From Bispira polyomma (taxonomy: Eukaryota): a stretch of DNA of 64,000 nucleotides. Shown one piece after another: positions 40,850 to 55,065 of this stretch. Position 1 is the stretch's first letter, and every line of letters begins with the position of its first letter. Both the position numbers and the translations under genes were made by a program. The notes beneath the pieces were generated by a model. The model did no database searches, was not told where the DNA came from, and saw only the letters and a list, made by a program, of their open reading frames with translations. Location: assembly GCA_965649765.1 (NCBI GenBank), contig OZ287756.1, positions 22,320,001 to 22,384,000 on the forward strand, in the 5' to 3' direction.

Positions 40850-41880
40850 TGGAAGACTAAGTCCTCGATTTTGTTTTTTTAATATTTGTACTTTAAGTAG
40901 TGGTACATTTATAATTGTTGGTATTAACTTGGAATTCTCCGTCAATATTTCTCTTTATGAATCTTGCTTAAGACTGAAAGATTAAGTCCTGGATATTGTT
41001 AATATGTGATTTTTTTTTAATTCAAATATTTAAAAATGTTACAGTAAAGGTAAGCCCTGAATTTTATCTATTAATATTTGAACTAAGGTGGTATACTTAT
41101 AATTGTCAGTGTTAACCATAATAAAGGATTTTTCTTTCTTAATAGTTGTACACTTAATTGTCTATGTCTAAATCTCCTACGAGATTTCTACTTTTGGATC
41201 TCTAAAGGCTAAAGATATATGCCTGGATATTGCTAATATGTAATTTTTTAAAACTAAAATATTATAAAATGCTCTGCAAAAGGTAATGGATGGATTTTGT
41301 CAATTAACCCTAACAATATAAAAGGAATTATCCTAAGAGATTTCTCCTTATATGGATCTTGGTAAATGTGAAAGATTAAGGCCTAGATATTGTTATTTAT
41401 GAGATGTTTCAACTGAGATATTTGTAAAATGTTCTGTACACTTAGAATTGTCAGTGTTAACCGTAATAAGGACCTTCATACACCACCAACATTGCGACAC
41501 AAAACAAAAAAAAAAATTAAAAATGAGATAATAATATAAACATTAGATAGACTGCTTACGACAATGACATGGCAATTTAACTTAGAGAAATCTCTAGAAA
41601 CAAAACGTGACATTGCATGTTTGAAAATTGTTTCTTAGAAATAGCTGAAACGAAAAAAAAAAACACACTTATATTTTATATGGATTATGTAGTGTCGTCC
41701 CCTGTCGTTCTATAGTCCGCGGTCTGTAAAGACCATAAAAATATTCCAGAATTCCACTTCCAGATTTCTCTGTATAAATCTTGTTTAAAACTTAAAGATT
41801 AAGTCCTAGATAATGTTATCTATGTGATTTTTTAAACTAAAATATTTCGAAATGCTCTACCTAAGGTAGGGCATTAATGT
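40850..41880. repeat. Degenerate dispersed direct repeats in the intron
   Basis: AAAGATTAAGTCCT(A/G)GATA..GTTA-like motif at ~40977, 41211, 41371, 41794. Confidence 0.6.
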
Positions 41881-43147
41881 TGTGATTACAATATGACCCA
41901 TATTATCCGAACATGCTGGGAGAGCTAAATTATTTTGTTTTTGGTATTATAAGGTTCATAAAATGGAAGATACAATTTGGTTCGGAACAACATAAAAATA
42001 TATTTTTGGGAGAGTAAAAATTGAATATTCGGATAATAGAATATCTATGTTATTTAAAATTAATATTTGTACTTTATTGCACTTGATTGTCGAAGGTCAT
42101 GCTAAAAAGCCTTTACTAATTAAGGTTAAGCCTGACATCTGTCATTATACAATAATTAAGCTTAAAACATTTGTAGTTTATTTGACTTCGAAGTAACCAT
42201 ATACCTGAGTTAATACTGGTCATACTCTGCTTAATTTATGGTCTAGTGCTGTATTTATGAAAAATCTTTAAACTTACACTCATACTTCAACTCTAATAGA
42301 ACAAATTAAGATTTTGTTATTGATGAAAATAAACAATACATCTTACCATTTTATTTCAATTAATAGAGCTTTAAGTGAGAAACTAGAATAAGTAGTTCGA
42401 TTAAATTTTTAGATCTTCGATCAATATGAACCTCAGCTTCTGTTACTATTTGCTTTAAACTATGAAAAAAAATATTTTACGAGGCAACAGAAAGGTACAA
42501 TACAAAGATACAATCAAAATACAAGTACAATGTAACAATTCAACCAATTCAGTAACCATCATGTTTTCTACTAATCTGATTTGTATCATATACAGTTTCA
42601 ACAGTGGAAAGTTTCAGCTAGATTTAAGTTTCATTCATTCCTTAAACTTAATATTTGTACTTAGGTGTGTCTAAATGAGTAAAAATTACGTTCAAAAATT
42701 CTTTAATTTTTAGGTTAAAAGCAATTCACTGAAATAAATATTGCACTGTTAGTCACCTTTTTACTTAAAAAAAAACAAGACGGATATTTAAAATATTACC
42801 TTGGGTTCATTTTTATTATACAAGCGCTTTTTGTGTTACAACAACTACAATAAATTCCTGGTGGTGATTGTCATGTATGCCCTCTGTGTGTATCAGATAC
42901 TTTATAAATTTACTTTAGGGTTCGACATCGTTGTATAGTATTACGGCGGGCAGTTTACTGGTGGAGGAAACCAGTGCAGGGTAGTTGGCCAATATATTTT
43001 CTGCAATGTAAAACTAACGATCTTCAGCAAGTCTACTGCCAACTACCTCAAATGCGTGTCAGGGAATTCCAAAACAAGATGGCCGATTTCAGTATATAAA
43101 CTGAAGATACTAATAAAGATTAGAATTTATTTAAAATTAGCTTAAAT

Positions 43148-43345
43148 TAGTTTCATGCCACTTTCACAAGCTTATGTCGTATCACAACAATCGGATTCAA
43201 TGGTGGAAGAAATTAGTGCTAAAGACACTGTAAACCATCAGCATACGGCAAGTACCTGATAAACTTAGGCTACAGGATTCGAACTCACATTGGTAAAAGA
43301 CCAGTGATCATTAGGAAGCTCTTCTAACCTCTGGGACAATGTTGC
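43148..43345 (-). mobile_element. tRNA-derived SINE (uninterrupted relative of 34456-35296)
   Basis: GGCAAGTACCTGA..GATTCGAACTCACATTGGT..GACCAGTGAT shared with 35190-35255. Confidence 0.7.
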
Positions 43346-44571
43346 CTCTGATACTAATCTGTATAACTAGTTTGTGTAATATGTATGCTGTCATTGTAAA
43401 TTATAAAGGTCAACTCAGATGTGAGCGAAGAAATGCAATGGAAGTATCTATGTATCAAATATACAACCAATACTAGCACTTTTTCACAAGTTTTAAGTGT
43501 TTAAAGTTACAGAAGTAAGAAAGCACACTGAATATTTTGTTTGTTTGCTATGTTTTTAAAAGAAATATGCTTACCGGTGCAAAGTGTCCCAACCTACACA
43601 ACACCTAAGCAACAAGTTGTACATGTCTTTTTATACCAACAATTTTACATATAAACATAAAAACACAAAACAACATACAGCTCCTCTACAATGTCTAAAT
43701 GATTTATATAATAATAAAATATTAGTTTTTAAATAAAAAATTTGAACTATCAATAAACTCTACCACCAAAAGACAAACAATCACTTTAAACCATACATAC
43801 ATATACATATCTATGTAGCATATCCTATTTAACCAAAAATAACCGTATACAGTTGTATATACATATTGTACAATTTTGTTTGATTATGTCGTCTGCTGTG
43901 CTTATTTTCCTTAATTTTTCAGTAATTTTCCTGGTGTATTATTTTTTTTGCCACAGCCAACCTGCTGTATTGCAAACATATACTAATATATAATATATAA
44001 TATCACAAACAGTTACAAAAACCCACCACACCACACACAATACATGTATTATATATATCCATGTTTACTTGCTCATTATCACCCCTAGATGTCCTGTATT
44101 CAATATTCAAATTCCTTACCATTAAAACTTAACTAATTATACTGCCCCACGCCTCCCCCCCCCCCACACCTTTCCAGCCCCATCCCCTCCCCCTACATTT
44201 GTTCTTCCATATACAAATTCCGAATGCAGTTTTTAAACTGTATACAAATTGTGTGTTCACCTTATGGCCGTCGGTTGAATACTTGCTATTGTCTCCCCAT
44301 TGTAGAACTACTGATGGGTTTTGTAATTGTTGGGCATAAGGTCCATTGTCTTTTTTGTGAGAGGCAGGGGTCATTTTTTTTTGTTTTACGTTTGAAAAAA
44401 TACTAGTAATATAATAGTCTAATAGTTATGTACAAATTGGGGGAAACAATGTTTTTCTATTTAACTTTCTTCAAAATATTTTAATGAATTATTTGCTGGG
44501 GCAAAATTTGTAAAGAAACTGTTTGATAAAATTAGGGTGATTATGACCAATTTGAGGGACCTGTTCTTGAC

Positions 44572-44616
44572 TATAAATACTGGCCAGAGGGTTCCTGTTT
44601 CTTCAGTATTCTCAGT
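44572..44616 (+). promoter_or_regulatory. Candidate TATA/Inr core promoter for exon 1b
   Basis: TATAAATA at 44572-44579 and TCAGT with its A at 44605 (TATA at about -33). Confidence 0.45.
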
Positions 44617-45087
44617 TAATGGTGTACAAAGCATGGTCTAAGATTGAAAGTTCAAGTTACATTAATATATATAGAGATAAGATATATTGTAATAATATGC
44701 AACAAACTTTACTTCAACCAGTGTATATTTCAACAAAATTATCTTATTTATAAAATAGTGTTTTCTTCAAAAACTGTTGGAAAACAAAAGATCTTAGTTT
44801 TAAAATAATTGACAGAAGAAATATTTTTTATAACTAAAATCATTTCTTATATACTGAAAGATAAATATATAAAAAAATATTTCTAAAGTCAATAAGTAAA
44901 AGTAAAATAAATGTTAATACATAGATAAAAGCCAAATTACTTAGACGAGGAACACTGAAAATTTAATAAAAATATGGTTAAGAAAAAGATAACAAGCAAA
45001 GTAGAGAATTCTGGGGGCAAAGATAAGTTACATAAGACAAGGAGAGACAGGAAGCGGAAGTGCACCTCTCCGTTTGATATCAAGACG

Positions 45088-45111
45088 ATGGAGCAACTGT
45101 TTACCTCACTG
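45088..45111 (+). CDS. Awh: Awh candidate alternative first coding exon 1b (MEQLFTSL)
   Basis: Strong Kozak ACGATGG, 8 codons, consensus donor CTG|GTAAGT, phase 0. Confidence 0.5.
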
Positions 45112-48100
45112 GTAAGTTGGTCTGACTCCTCTATACATATACTTTACAAATAGGGAGAAATTTAACTCTTAAAAGAGATTTTGATTTTTAAGTTTCAATT
45201 TGTTGTTGTGTGGGATTTGCTACTAATGTGTATCCAGAATGAGGGTGTTACATGCTATGTATCTCATACCTTAACTAGTTTTTCTAAGGTCTTGGGGGCA
45301 GTGAAAAATAACTCCTAGTGAAAAATAGGGCACTTGAATTGCTAGTTGAACTACAAACACAAACCAGCCAAACGTGTAAAATGAATTCCCTTCAAATTCC
45401 TAAAGAATTGATCATATAAAGTGAAGCTATACCGACGTGTTTTCAATCAGCCCATTTTTTTTTCATAAAAGCAATAATTTAGTAATGTAGCTCATGATTT
45501 TGTTGATCAATATAGCTTTGAGTTTAGTTTTAGGAGTGAAAAAAATAGTTGAAATTTGAAATACAAAACACATGTTGTTTTCCAATTTTTAAACAAGAAC
45601 CACTGGTTATGATTAGCATAGAGATCTCAAATATTTCAATATCTACCAATCTCTATCTATCTCTCGTAGTTATCTCTACATAATATTCTAAGAGATAAAT
45701 CCCTATCCCTCTTCTCTCTAATCATGAATTCCCTACAGGCTTAAGAAGTTGTTTACGGGGTTTTGGGCACACGTTTTGTGACCCTTTCAAGCCCATACAC
45801 TATTTGTGAGATTTAATGAGAGATATATATGTACAGCTAACTCCAACACACACCCATCATCAACCAAAAGTCCCCACATCACAAAAACACACTCCTGTTT
45901 CTAATTAACAACCATACAAACTATGCACACACACACAAGATATCATAATGATTATACTTACTAATAAGCAGTATGTCTGAACATATGGCTACTTTATATT
46001 ATTAGTTATAATATCTATCTATCTCCGCGTGTAAATATTCTCCTACCAAAGTGATTTGCTCATCCAAGCGTGGAATATTTTCCTTCCAAGAACGACAGAT
46101 GCAAATACCACCGTCAGTCATGCGCAGAGGTGCGTAATCTATTGAACTCTCGCTTCTACACCTCTCGTTTGAAAAAGCGCGAAAACTAGAGCAGTTGTCG
46201 TCTGCCGCGGTAAATATGTATTTTCTGTAGCTGTCTCTGTGTTGATTTCTCCTTTCTTTTGTATTGATGACAATACACAAGAGACACCAAAAACTATAAT
46301 AAAGGGCTGACCCACTTTTTGTTGTTTTGGCAGTTTTTCCCTTTGTAAAAAGAATACATTAGGGACTTCATTAAAACGTTGAACTCTGTTTTGGGCTTGT
46401 TAGTTGTGATTTGGGTAGAAGTCAAGTCTCCATTGAATTTTATTAAAACTGTCTAATAAGGGGGTGGGGGGGGGGGTGAAAGGTGGAGGTGCATTATAGA
46501 ATACATTAACATGGGGGTCTTTGTATTATAAGACCTTTAGCTGATGATATATTTGTTATGTAAATTTAAAATTTTTGAAAATTGTTGAAACCACAAGTGA
46601 CTTTACAAATGAATTATGAAACCTAGTTATTTTTTATCAATTATTAATGATGCCAAATAGATTAACATTGGTACATATTTCATCAAAATTAGTAAAATTT
46701 GCCAGCTAACAATAGTGTGCAAATAATGATGATCAACTAAGGTACATTTGGTTTTTGTTCCAAACTCACAGAACATAATATCTTCTGTAACTACTAATTT
46801 TTTTTGTTGAGGCACTTCTCGAATATCAAAGTAAACTGATTTCACTTAGTTTCTTTTACCCAGACCTCAAAACGAAAACTCTCAGTCTTAAAAAGTTTTG
46901 ATCAATTTGTACTATCATAATCTATCAATTGTTTCAAAATAAACACCTAGTACATATATAACAATATTGTCTTTCTATTCTCCTGTGATCTAGAAGAGGC
47001 GTTAAAAAAGTTCTAAAACCAATATACATTGCAATTTATTCTACATCACCCCCCCCCCCCCCCCAAAAAAAAAAAAAAAAAAATACATAAGGAAAATAAA
47101 GCTAATCACTTTACAAATGAGTTTTTAAATATTTACACTTAACCCCCTTTACATCATAGTAAATGATAGGCCCTCTCAATCGCTCTTAACCCCATTTATC
47201 AATGATGTACATACACAAAGAGGGGAAGCAAAAAGGAGGGGGGGGGCCAATCCCATTCAAATTGTCTCTCTTTCTATAATAATGATATTGAAAATAACTT
47301 AATGGGTTGGAGGGGGGACATGCATCTCCATTGCTTTGATGATGGGGGGGATTTTCTTAAGAGATCACAACAACAACAATAATATCCCTTAGTTTGACCC
47401 ACTTTAAACAGGTGAGCTATAGGGTGGGTGAGGGAGGGGGGGACCTAACTTAGCCCTATATAATAGCCAGTGTGACAAACATAGGCTCACATTAGAATCA
47501 TCATCTCCTAGTGGTGCTTCTCAAATTAACTGCAAGAAAGTTGCCCACTTTTGCTTTTTAAACAATACTATATTATAGAGTGTGTATAGTCTTAAAGACA
47601 GAAAGACTGCTGAATAGTATTGTCCCTATAGCAGTTATAACTAGCAGTTATATATACTTCTAGTGAATAAGTTAAATGGTTGGCACAAGTGCACTTTAAC
47701 AGTTTTGTGTGTATACATATATTGTATTGGTTTTATTGATACATACAGAAAAAAGGGTGTAGTGGAGTTTTTTTGTTAATTTTAACGGTGACCTGTTTTA
47801 GTGTATAGATATAAATCTATATAAAAGACGGTCGAACAGAGTCAGTTTTATTATAGTATTGGCAAAGGAATGCCAACGAGTTATACACAAAATATTAAAT
47901 TGCAAATGCAAAATATCCTCGTGGTTAATTTTTTTTTTCACACATTACCACTGAGGAATATAAATGTAACAGTTGACATCTCTAGCATTTTGAAAATCGA
48001 TAAAAAGTTTCACGACAAAGTGTGCATTTTAGGCTGCATAAAAGAAAGCAATATTTAAGTCCGTGGCTATTGATATATTTATAATAAGTGTGATATAAAA

Positions 48101-48674
48101 GTATTAGGAGAACAGTATATATATATGTATATAATAAGTGTGTACCTTTTAAACAAAAGAAGGGTTTGGATATTATTAACAAAGGGGTTGGAAAATCCTT
48201 TCTGGCAGCTGTCACAAAAACAGGGATTAGCTTCATATTTGAACAGTATACATACCTCATTGCAATTGGTGGGGTGGTGGTTACATGCAATAATCCCCCC
48301 TTTTTCAAAAGAAGCCTTGTGACATATTATTGATTTTCTCGGGACTGACTTATATTCCACATTTTTTGACAAATGTTAGGTCAAGTTGAATTTCACTCGG
48401 GAAGTGACAGATTTTGAGAGGTTTACTCAGTCAAGTTAATAAGACATCTGATAGATGTATATATAATAAAGGAGATAACTTGCTAACATTAACACAGTAG
48501 ACAGAAGAAAGTTAGCATATCACTAACAGTTACAACGAAGAGGCAAATTGGAGTTTATATCTTTGTGGTGTGAAATTTACCTGAATTGGATTTTAAATCT
48601 TGTCAGCGGCAGAGTTGTGAGTTGAAAGATTGTTGTTGAATATTTGTTGTCACCAATTTTTTTAAAAACTCAAT

Positions 48675-48872
48675 ATGTGGTCACCATTTTCCTCGTTTGG
48701 AAGTGACAGTGGTTCTGATGGGGATATTTATATGGAAGATGACACCCATATTACTGGTAGTAGTAACCATGATAGCTCTAAAACTACACCTACATGTAGT
48801 TTTAATAGCAGTTCTGGGGATGTAGATTCGGATTCTTCCAAATCTGCGAAGGAGATATCTGTGGTATCTTTG
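48675..48872 (+). CDS. Awh: Awh candidate alternative first coding exon 1c (66 aa, Ser/Asp-rich)
   Basis: ATG, open S/D-rich frame, donor TTG|GTAAGT, phase 0, 359-nt intron to the LIM1 exon. Confidence 0.6.
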
Positions 48873-49231
48873 GTAAGTTGTGTGTGGTTTTCTTGAACTA
48901 TTTTTTTGTGTAGAGTTTTTAATGACTGCATGATTTGCTTACTTTTATAGAACTCAATCTTCAGGAAGAAGAATATTTTTTTTAATTTTACTTATGTTTG
49001 TTTGTTCAGGGATGCTTAATTTGAAGGCCACTGAAGAATAATATAACATCATTTTTGTTACAATATGATCTGCTATGTAAGATTATGCATGTATGTGATT
49101 TTTAATACCCAGTCTATTTTACATGTTGTTAATCAATGTTGAACTGACAACAGTAGAATGATTCTGACTGTATCTAATAATAATATTTCAAACAATTCAT
49201 TTATATTTTATATTCTTTTATTATTTTCAAG

Positions 49232-49413
49232 TCAGAAGGAGAGGTGTGTTTTGGCTGTGGCCAGGTCATTGGTGAGAGGTACATCCTCAAGGTCAGTGGG
49301 CGGGCCTACCATACCAAGTGTTTACGCTGTTCCGTCTGTCAAACCGTCCTCGACAGGCACACTTCCTGTTACATCAAGGATGATGCCGTCTTCTGCAAAA
49401 CTGACTATTCAAG
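49232..49413 (+). CDS. Awh: Awh exon encoding LIM domain 1
   Basis: SEGEVCFGCGQVIGERYILKVSGRAYHTKCLRCSVCQTVLDRHTSCYIKDDAVFCKTDYS (frame missing from the ORF track); acceptor TTTTCAAG, donor AG|GTAAGA phase 2. Confidence 0.93.
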
Positions 49414-49454
49414 GTAAGAGACGACATGGTTTGGTTTAAGGTAGTGGTTTCCTG

Positions 49455-49685
49455 TGGAATAGTGATTCGGAAGTTGGTCTGGTGATCAGAAGAAGGTTTT
49501 CGGGTTCGACTATTGGTTTGGAAGCAGAGTTGGTCTGGTGATCAGAAGGTCTCCGGTTCGACTCTCGCTGATGTCGTTATGGTTCTATTGATAACTTCTT
49601 TGGACAAGAGGTAAACACGCTACTCGCCTACTGATGACGGACCCAGTCAGTGTTGTAGGACTATAAAAATGATTCAATAATAACA
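49455..49685 (+). mobile_element. tRNA-derived SINE with duplicated head
   Basis: GTTGGTCTGGTGATCAGAAG twice (49473, 49529), each followed by B box GGTTCGACT. Confidence 0.7.
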
Positions 49686-50482
49686 AGTAAAAAGGGAATG
49701 GCTGTTTCTGACAAAAACACAATAATTTTTCATTAAAGAAATGTAATGTTTTTGTCATCATTGCGATTATTAATATTCACAATTTAATAGGTGTGGGTTT
49801 TTTTTGTTCTCCCTGATTCTATGAAATCTGACATTTGCCCCCCCCCCCCCTCCCCCTTCTCCCTGCATTTATTTCAATTTGCACATGTATAATATCAATA
49901 ACACTCAGTACAAGTATAGTACTTGAGAAGTATGATCAACTTTGACACTAGGGAGGATTTCTTCCACCCCTATCCACCCTCCTACCCCCTCACCCCCTAC
50001 TCTAGCTCGAGGGGTGCAATGGCTCTTTAAATGCTAACCTATTCCTGGACTACTCATCATTTATCGCCCAATTAGGCCAGATCAATAGCGGGCGTGTAAT
50101 ATTATTTATGCCCGAGGGCAGCTAGCTCTTGATTTGGACACATTTTCATAATGTTTCTAATGGACTGTGATAATTGCAGCCGTGTCACATTTAATCATAT
50201 CATTTTTTTCTGAGGACGAGATTTTTTTTTAAGCAAGTATTTATTTTCTCCCCAGGTAGATAATTCAGAGGAAGGAAAAAGATTAGGATATTTGCATATT
50301 TTGATTCTTCCTTAATAAAGCAATTATATTTGTGCATTGCAGATGTTCCAGAAATTACAAAATATAAAAAAATGTACATTTATTTGTAAATAATTCAAAG
50401 TTTTCAAATCACAAATTAACTGCTCTGATATACACATAGGATCTTATTCTTAATTATTATTTTTGTCTATTTCTTCTCACAG

Positions 50483-50694
50483 AGAATTTGGTACGAAGTG
50501 TGCTAAGTGCTGCCGTCCCATCCAGTCAACAGATTGGGTCCGTAGGGCTAAGGACAACGTCTACCACTTAGCTTGCTTCTCCTGTGACGCCTGCAAACGT
50601 CAGTTGTCGACAGGGGAGGAGTTTGCCGTACAGGAGGATAAAGTGCTATGTAAAACCCACTATATCGAGCTCATAGAAGGTGGAAATGACGGAG
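50483..50694 (+). CDS. Awh: Awh exon encoding LIM domain 2
   Basis: REFGTKCAKCCRPIQSTDWVRRAKDNVYHLACFSCDACKRQLSTGEEF..LCKTHY; CAG acceptor phase 2, G|GTAAGT donor phase 1. Confidence 0.97.
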
Positions 50695-53600
50695 GTAAGT
50701 GTGAAAGAATTACCTAATTAGAATTACAGGGAACATAGTGACCTACAAAAGCTTCTATGGAAACCAGGTTTGGATTTTCTTAAGGCTGGAAACTGTCTGT
50801 TTTCTATGGAAAAGGGGAAAATTCAAACAATTTATAAGAAATTACATATTATACTGAGGAATTATTTTCTGCTTCCAGTAAAATTTTAACCAAAATATTG
50901 CATTTTCTCCTAGATTAACAAAGGACTGAGTAAGCCTGATTTAAACTTGACCTCATTTAAAATATTTGATACAGTTACTGAGGAGGCCTAATTTAAACTT
51001 GACCTCATTGAACTATAATTAGTGGGTTATTTTTAGGGATAAATCTTGTTGCTATTTTGCACTTAAAGAATGGAGCACTAAATACATCTTCTTTGGTGGG
51101 TCTTTAGAGCTCCAGAACTGTATCAGCTTAACCCTCAACTTGTCCCCTCCCAATTCAGACTATCCTCCCCTATTCCCACCATCACACACTGGAAAGCTAC
51201 CAGATGCAGGCAGATAAGGCTTTCTTTCTATATTTAAATCCAGTGCAATGGTCATTAGAAAAGACAAACAAAATACCCTCCCCCTTTTCCCTTCATATAT
51301 GATGTGTGTGGGGGGGAGGAGGGGGGGGGGGGGTAGGGGTAGCAGGCTATAAAAAGCAGATAGATTGCATTATCTGCCAATAGTCCTAACAAATTCTGCT
51401 CACGTCTCTACTATCAAATCAGAAAGGAAAAGAGAGAGAGAGTCATGGCCCTGGGGGGTGGGGGGGGGGGGGGTGGGGGGGGGAGGTCGGTGTCAAACAT
51501 AACTAGTTATGATAGGGAGCAACCGCCCAGAACACGCACTCAATCTCGGCCCTCAAATATTCTAACAGTGCCCAGACACCACTAGCCTTTCTGGAGTTTT
51601 TTGTTTTTTTTTTACAGTAGCAGAAATTAATGGATTCCTTTCTTTCTTTCCATTAAAGAAATACTCTGTTATGACTGGACTATTAGCCCTGTGATGTCTA
51701 CATACATTATTAGTAATCTGTCTTAACTGTACAGTTGTGTAGGTTTTACATTACAATTTTATTGTAAAAAATGTTAAACGTATTTATTGTGAGACTTAAT
51801 TTGGCTAGTTTATTATTTTACTCGGTTCTAGTAAGGGTCAATAATTTACGATTAGGCAAAAACAATTCTCACAAAACTTACTACCCAGCTAAAACTGAAC
51901 TATATTTAAAATATGATTTTACAATTATTTGTTTTGCCAGTGTTAATCGTTATTTTTAGAAATAAAAAAAAAAAACTGATAAAAAGGTTGAAGTTCCTTT
52001 GATATGGTACAGGTTTTTTTACAATACTAATGTCAGGTTTTAAAGTGCAAGTTAAGGTTGGGTGTCAAATCTCGTCTGCTCTCCGTCCAGTGTCTTCCCT
52101 TGGTACCATGTCTGCTGCATCAGATGTTCATCTTTGACCCTACTGTGTTTGAGTCCTTCACACTCGACAATCAATCCCCAGCCCATACTGTAAGATAATG
52201 GTTTTACTAAGTGTAAGCTAAGGTATCTAAGTAAAATAAATAACAATAATAAAATATTACAAATGATGTATGCCCTTAAATATATATATTAGCCAATCAA
52301 AATTATAGCAAATATTTTTTTTTAAATGTATGAAAAGATTTCACAAAGCAGTTATGCTGTAGTTGCATATCTCAACAATAAACAAAATGATCTTCACAAA
52401 GATCCCCAAATAAAATCATTGATTTATTTCATAGTTTGTTGCAGTTATTTGGAGCAAATAATATTTATTTTTGCCACTTTGATACATTATGAATATGCAA
52501 ATATATTGACTAATTTATATATTCAGTTTTATCACAAATATTACAAAAACAGATGTGTTGTGTGATATAATAATATTCATTCCCCCCTCTCCCTTTCTCT
52601 CTCTTCTTGCTCTCTTGTAATTTAAATTTCCAACGTCCAGATCTTTACCAAGAATTAATTGTGTGAAGTGTGCTGGATTATCCAGCAGATTTCAGTGTCT
52701 GTGTGTGATTCCTGATACACGCAGTCCCAATTTCTCTTTCTGTGCAAAAGGGTTTCTCGCCAATTGTGCTCTAATTCAATTTAGCTGGCTATTTTACTGC
52801 CTCCCATGCTACACACACAGATTTCTGTTTTCCCCCTCCTCATTCTGGCTGCCTACCCCTCCCCCATCCTCCCACCCTGAGGGATCATAAGGACATGAAG
52901 ATTTTGTCAATAGATCTAAGAAAACCCGAGGACTAGGCCCTTGGCGTGTTCAACAAATCAAATTATATTTTCTTGCATAGGAAACAATTTTTGAGCATAG
53001 CTGTCGATGTTGGTGGCAAGCCTGATGTTGAAATAAAGTTGTTTTTATGGTCTCTTGGGAGTCACTGATGGTTATATGAGATTTTCATTGTCCCTAGTTG
53101 GGTATTTATTATTTTACAGTAAATAAGTAGCTTGATACTGCAAAAACAGTTGAACAACATAAGAACATATTTTCAAACATGGTCATAATTATATTATACT
53201 TGTTTATCATTCATATGCATTCTACCTTCAGGTTTAATAAAGGTTATTGTTTTACTTTATTTTTTTGTAACTGTAAATGTCATTTTCTTGGGTGCCAAAT
53301 TTAGCCTTTCTGGGGTTTTTTATTTAGGAAATATCATATGACATTTTGAAGGAGAATTTTGAGTTGCTTTTAGCTGTTTACACTGTTTTTGTCTCACTTG
53401 GTCAATTCAAAGAGTTGTTAAGTTGTAAAGGACAATCTTTATTCTTAGTATCAATTGACTGTAGTAAGATCTACCCATACATACTAGCTTCATGCAGTTG
53501 GAGAAGGGGGGGGGGGGGGTGATAGGGTTATTTTTGATAGCATTTCTAGAACAATTTGATAGTGTCGTGAGATTTAACAGGTCTCTAGGGGAAAGAGACC

Positions 53601-54009
53601 ATGAACGTGATGTGCATAAGTAAAAATCCATTGATATGAAACCCTTCTTGTACTGTTAGCACCATTTGAAGGAGAGTTTAAAACAAAATACCACAAATAA
53701 AATAGCAGATATACAGATATAATATATTTAGACAAGTAACTACAACTTTAAATGTTATATAATATGTTTTGCTGTTTTAAACATTTTAGCATATATTTTT
53801 TTGGGTTCAAGACATTTTGGACTATTTGGACATTTAACAATAGCCTATATTACTTGAAAAATACCTCACCCATTTAGTTAGTTCAGCAAAATACATGAGT
53901 TTGAGGTGACAAGGGCAATTTATTAAAGTTGTGTAAACATATTTTATTGATAAAAGCATAACACTATATACCATATTTAATGGAATTGTTTGTTATTTGT
54001 TTCTTGTAG

Positions 54010-54173
54010 AAGAAGGTGGAAGTCAGAAACCCAAGACAAAGCGAGTGCGCACTACGTTCACTGAAGAACAGGTCCAGGTGCTCCAGGCAAATTTCCAGCT
54101 GGACAGCAATCCTGACGGTCAGGATCTAGAGAGGATAGCTCAGATTACAGGACTCAGCAAGAGGGTCACACAG
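54010..54173 (+). CDS. Awh: Awh exon encoding most of the homeodomain
   Basis: KTKRVRTTFTEEQVQVLQANFQLDSNPDGQDLERIAQITGLSKRVTQ, diagnostic for Awh/Lhx6/8; TAG acceptor phase 1, CAG|GTAGGT donor. Confidence 0.97.
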
Positions 54174-55065
54174 GTAGGTGTTATTTTTTAGAAAAGACTA
54201 GGATCATTCTGGATCTTAAATTTTCTGGATCTTTGATATATCTGGATATACTTAAATATTATTATAATAGTTAATTTTTCATTACGGTAATCAAATGTTT
54301 GAAAAATGCATATATTACTGTACACATAGTTTATTTATTATATGGAATTCATTCTCTTGAACATAACATTTGTAATTTTTTTAGCAATGGAATTATTCTA
54401 TTAGTTTACACAGTATAAATACAATAACATACATTTCCATTGCAAAAATCATGGAGGATTCTGATTTTAAAAAACCAAAGACCGTTTGTGGTTCTAGATT
54501 TGCTGGAGCATGTTAATTTATCTATTTTAGTTGTTAAGAGTGTGCAATGAGATCACATCAGAACACCCTTCATTGCCTTGTCTGATATCATATTAGGTCA
54601 TCAGTTTTTGTCACTGGTAAAGGTTGTATGATCAACGCTTGCTCCCTCGTGTTTATGGTACTTAAGGTTTTAAGGTCACTTAAGCAATTGCTCATAAACT
54701 CATACTTGAGTGAATAGTTAATATTTATGAGATCTTATGTGTCCCCTATACTATTGTATACTATTTTTTTTTTTTTTCAACTGATGCCTAAATACTGCAT
54801 CAAGTATATAACACAATTAGTGTCACTCACAAGTAATAATGGAAGTGTAGTATTTACAAAATTTTACGGTAATCATGTTTCCATGAAATATCTATTTAAC
54901 AAGTGAGGAGATGTAGATAACAGATTTCTTCAGTGTAAACTATAAAATAAATGTCAACTGATATTGAGCTGTTTCGTACGTTGTTTGAAATAGATGTAGT
55001 TATATACATATTTGTATATTTGAGACATTTGTTATCTAAACCTTAGTTCTCTGTTTATCCGCCAG

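Noticed and set aside
49158-49439. 93-aa ORF from the track
   Set aside because: Wrong frame; the LIM1 domain is encoded in another frame of the same exon
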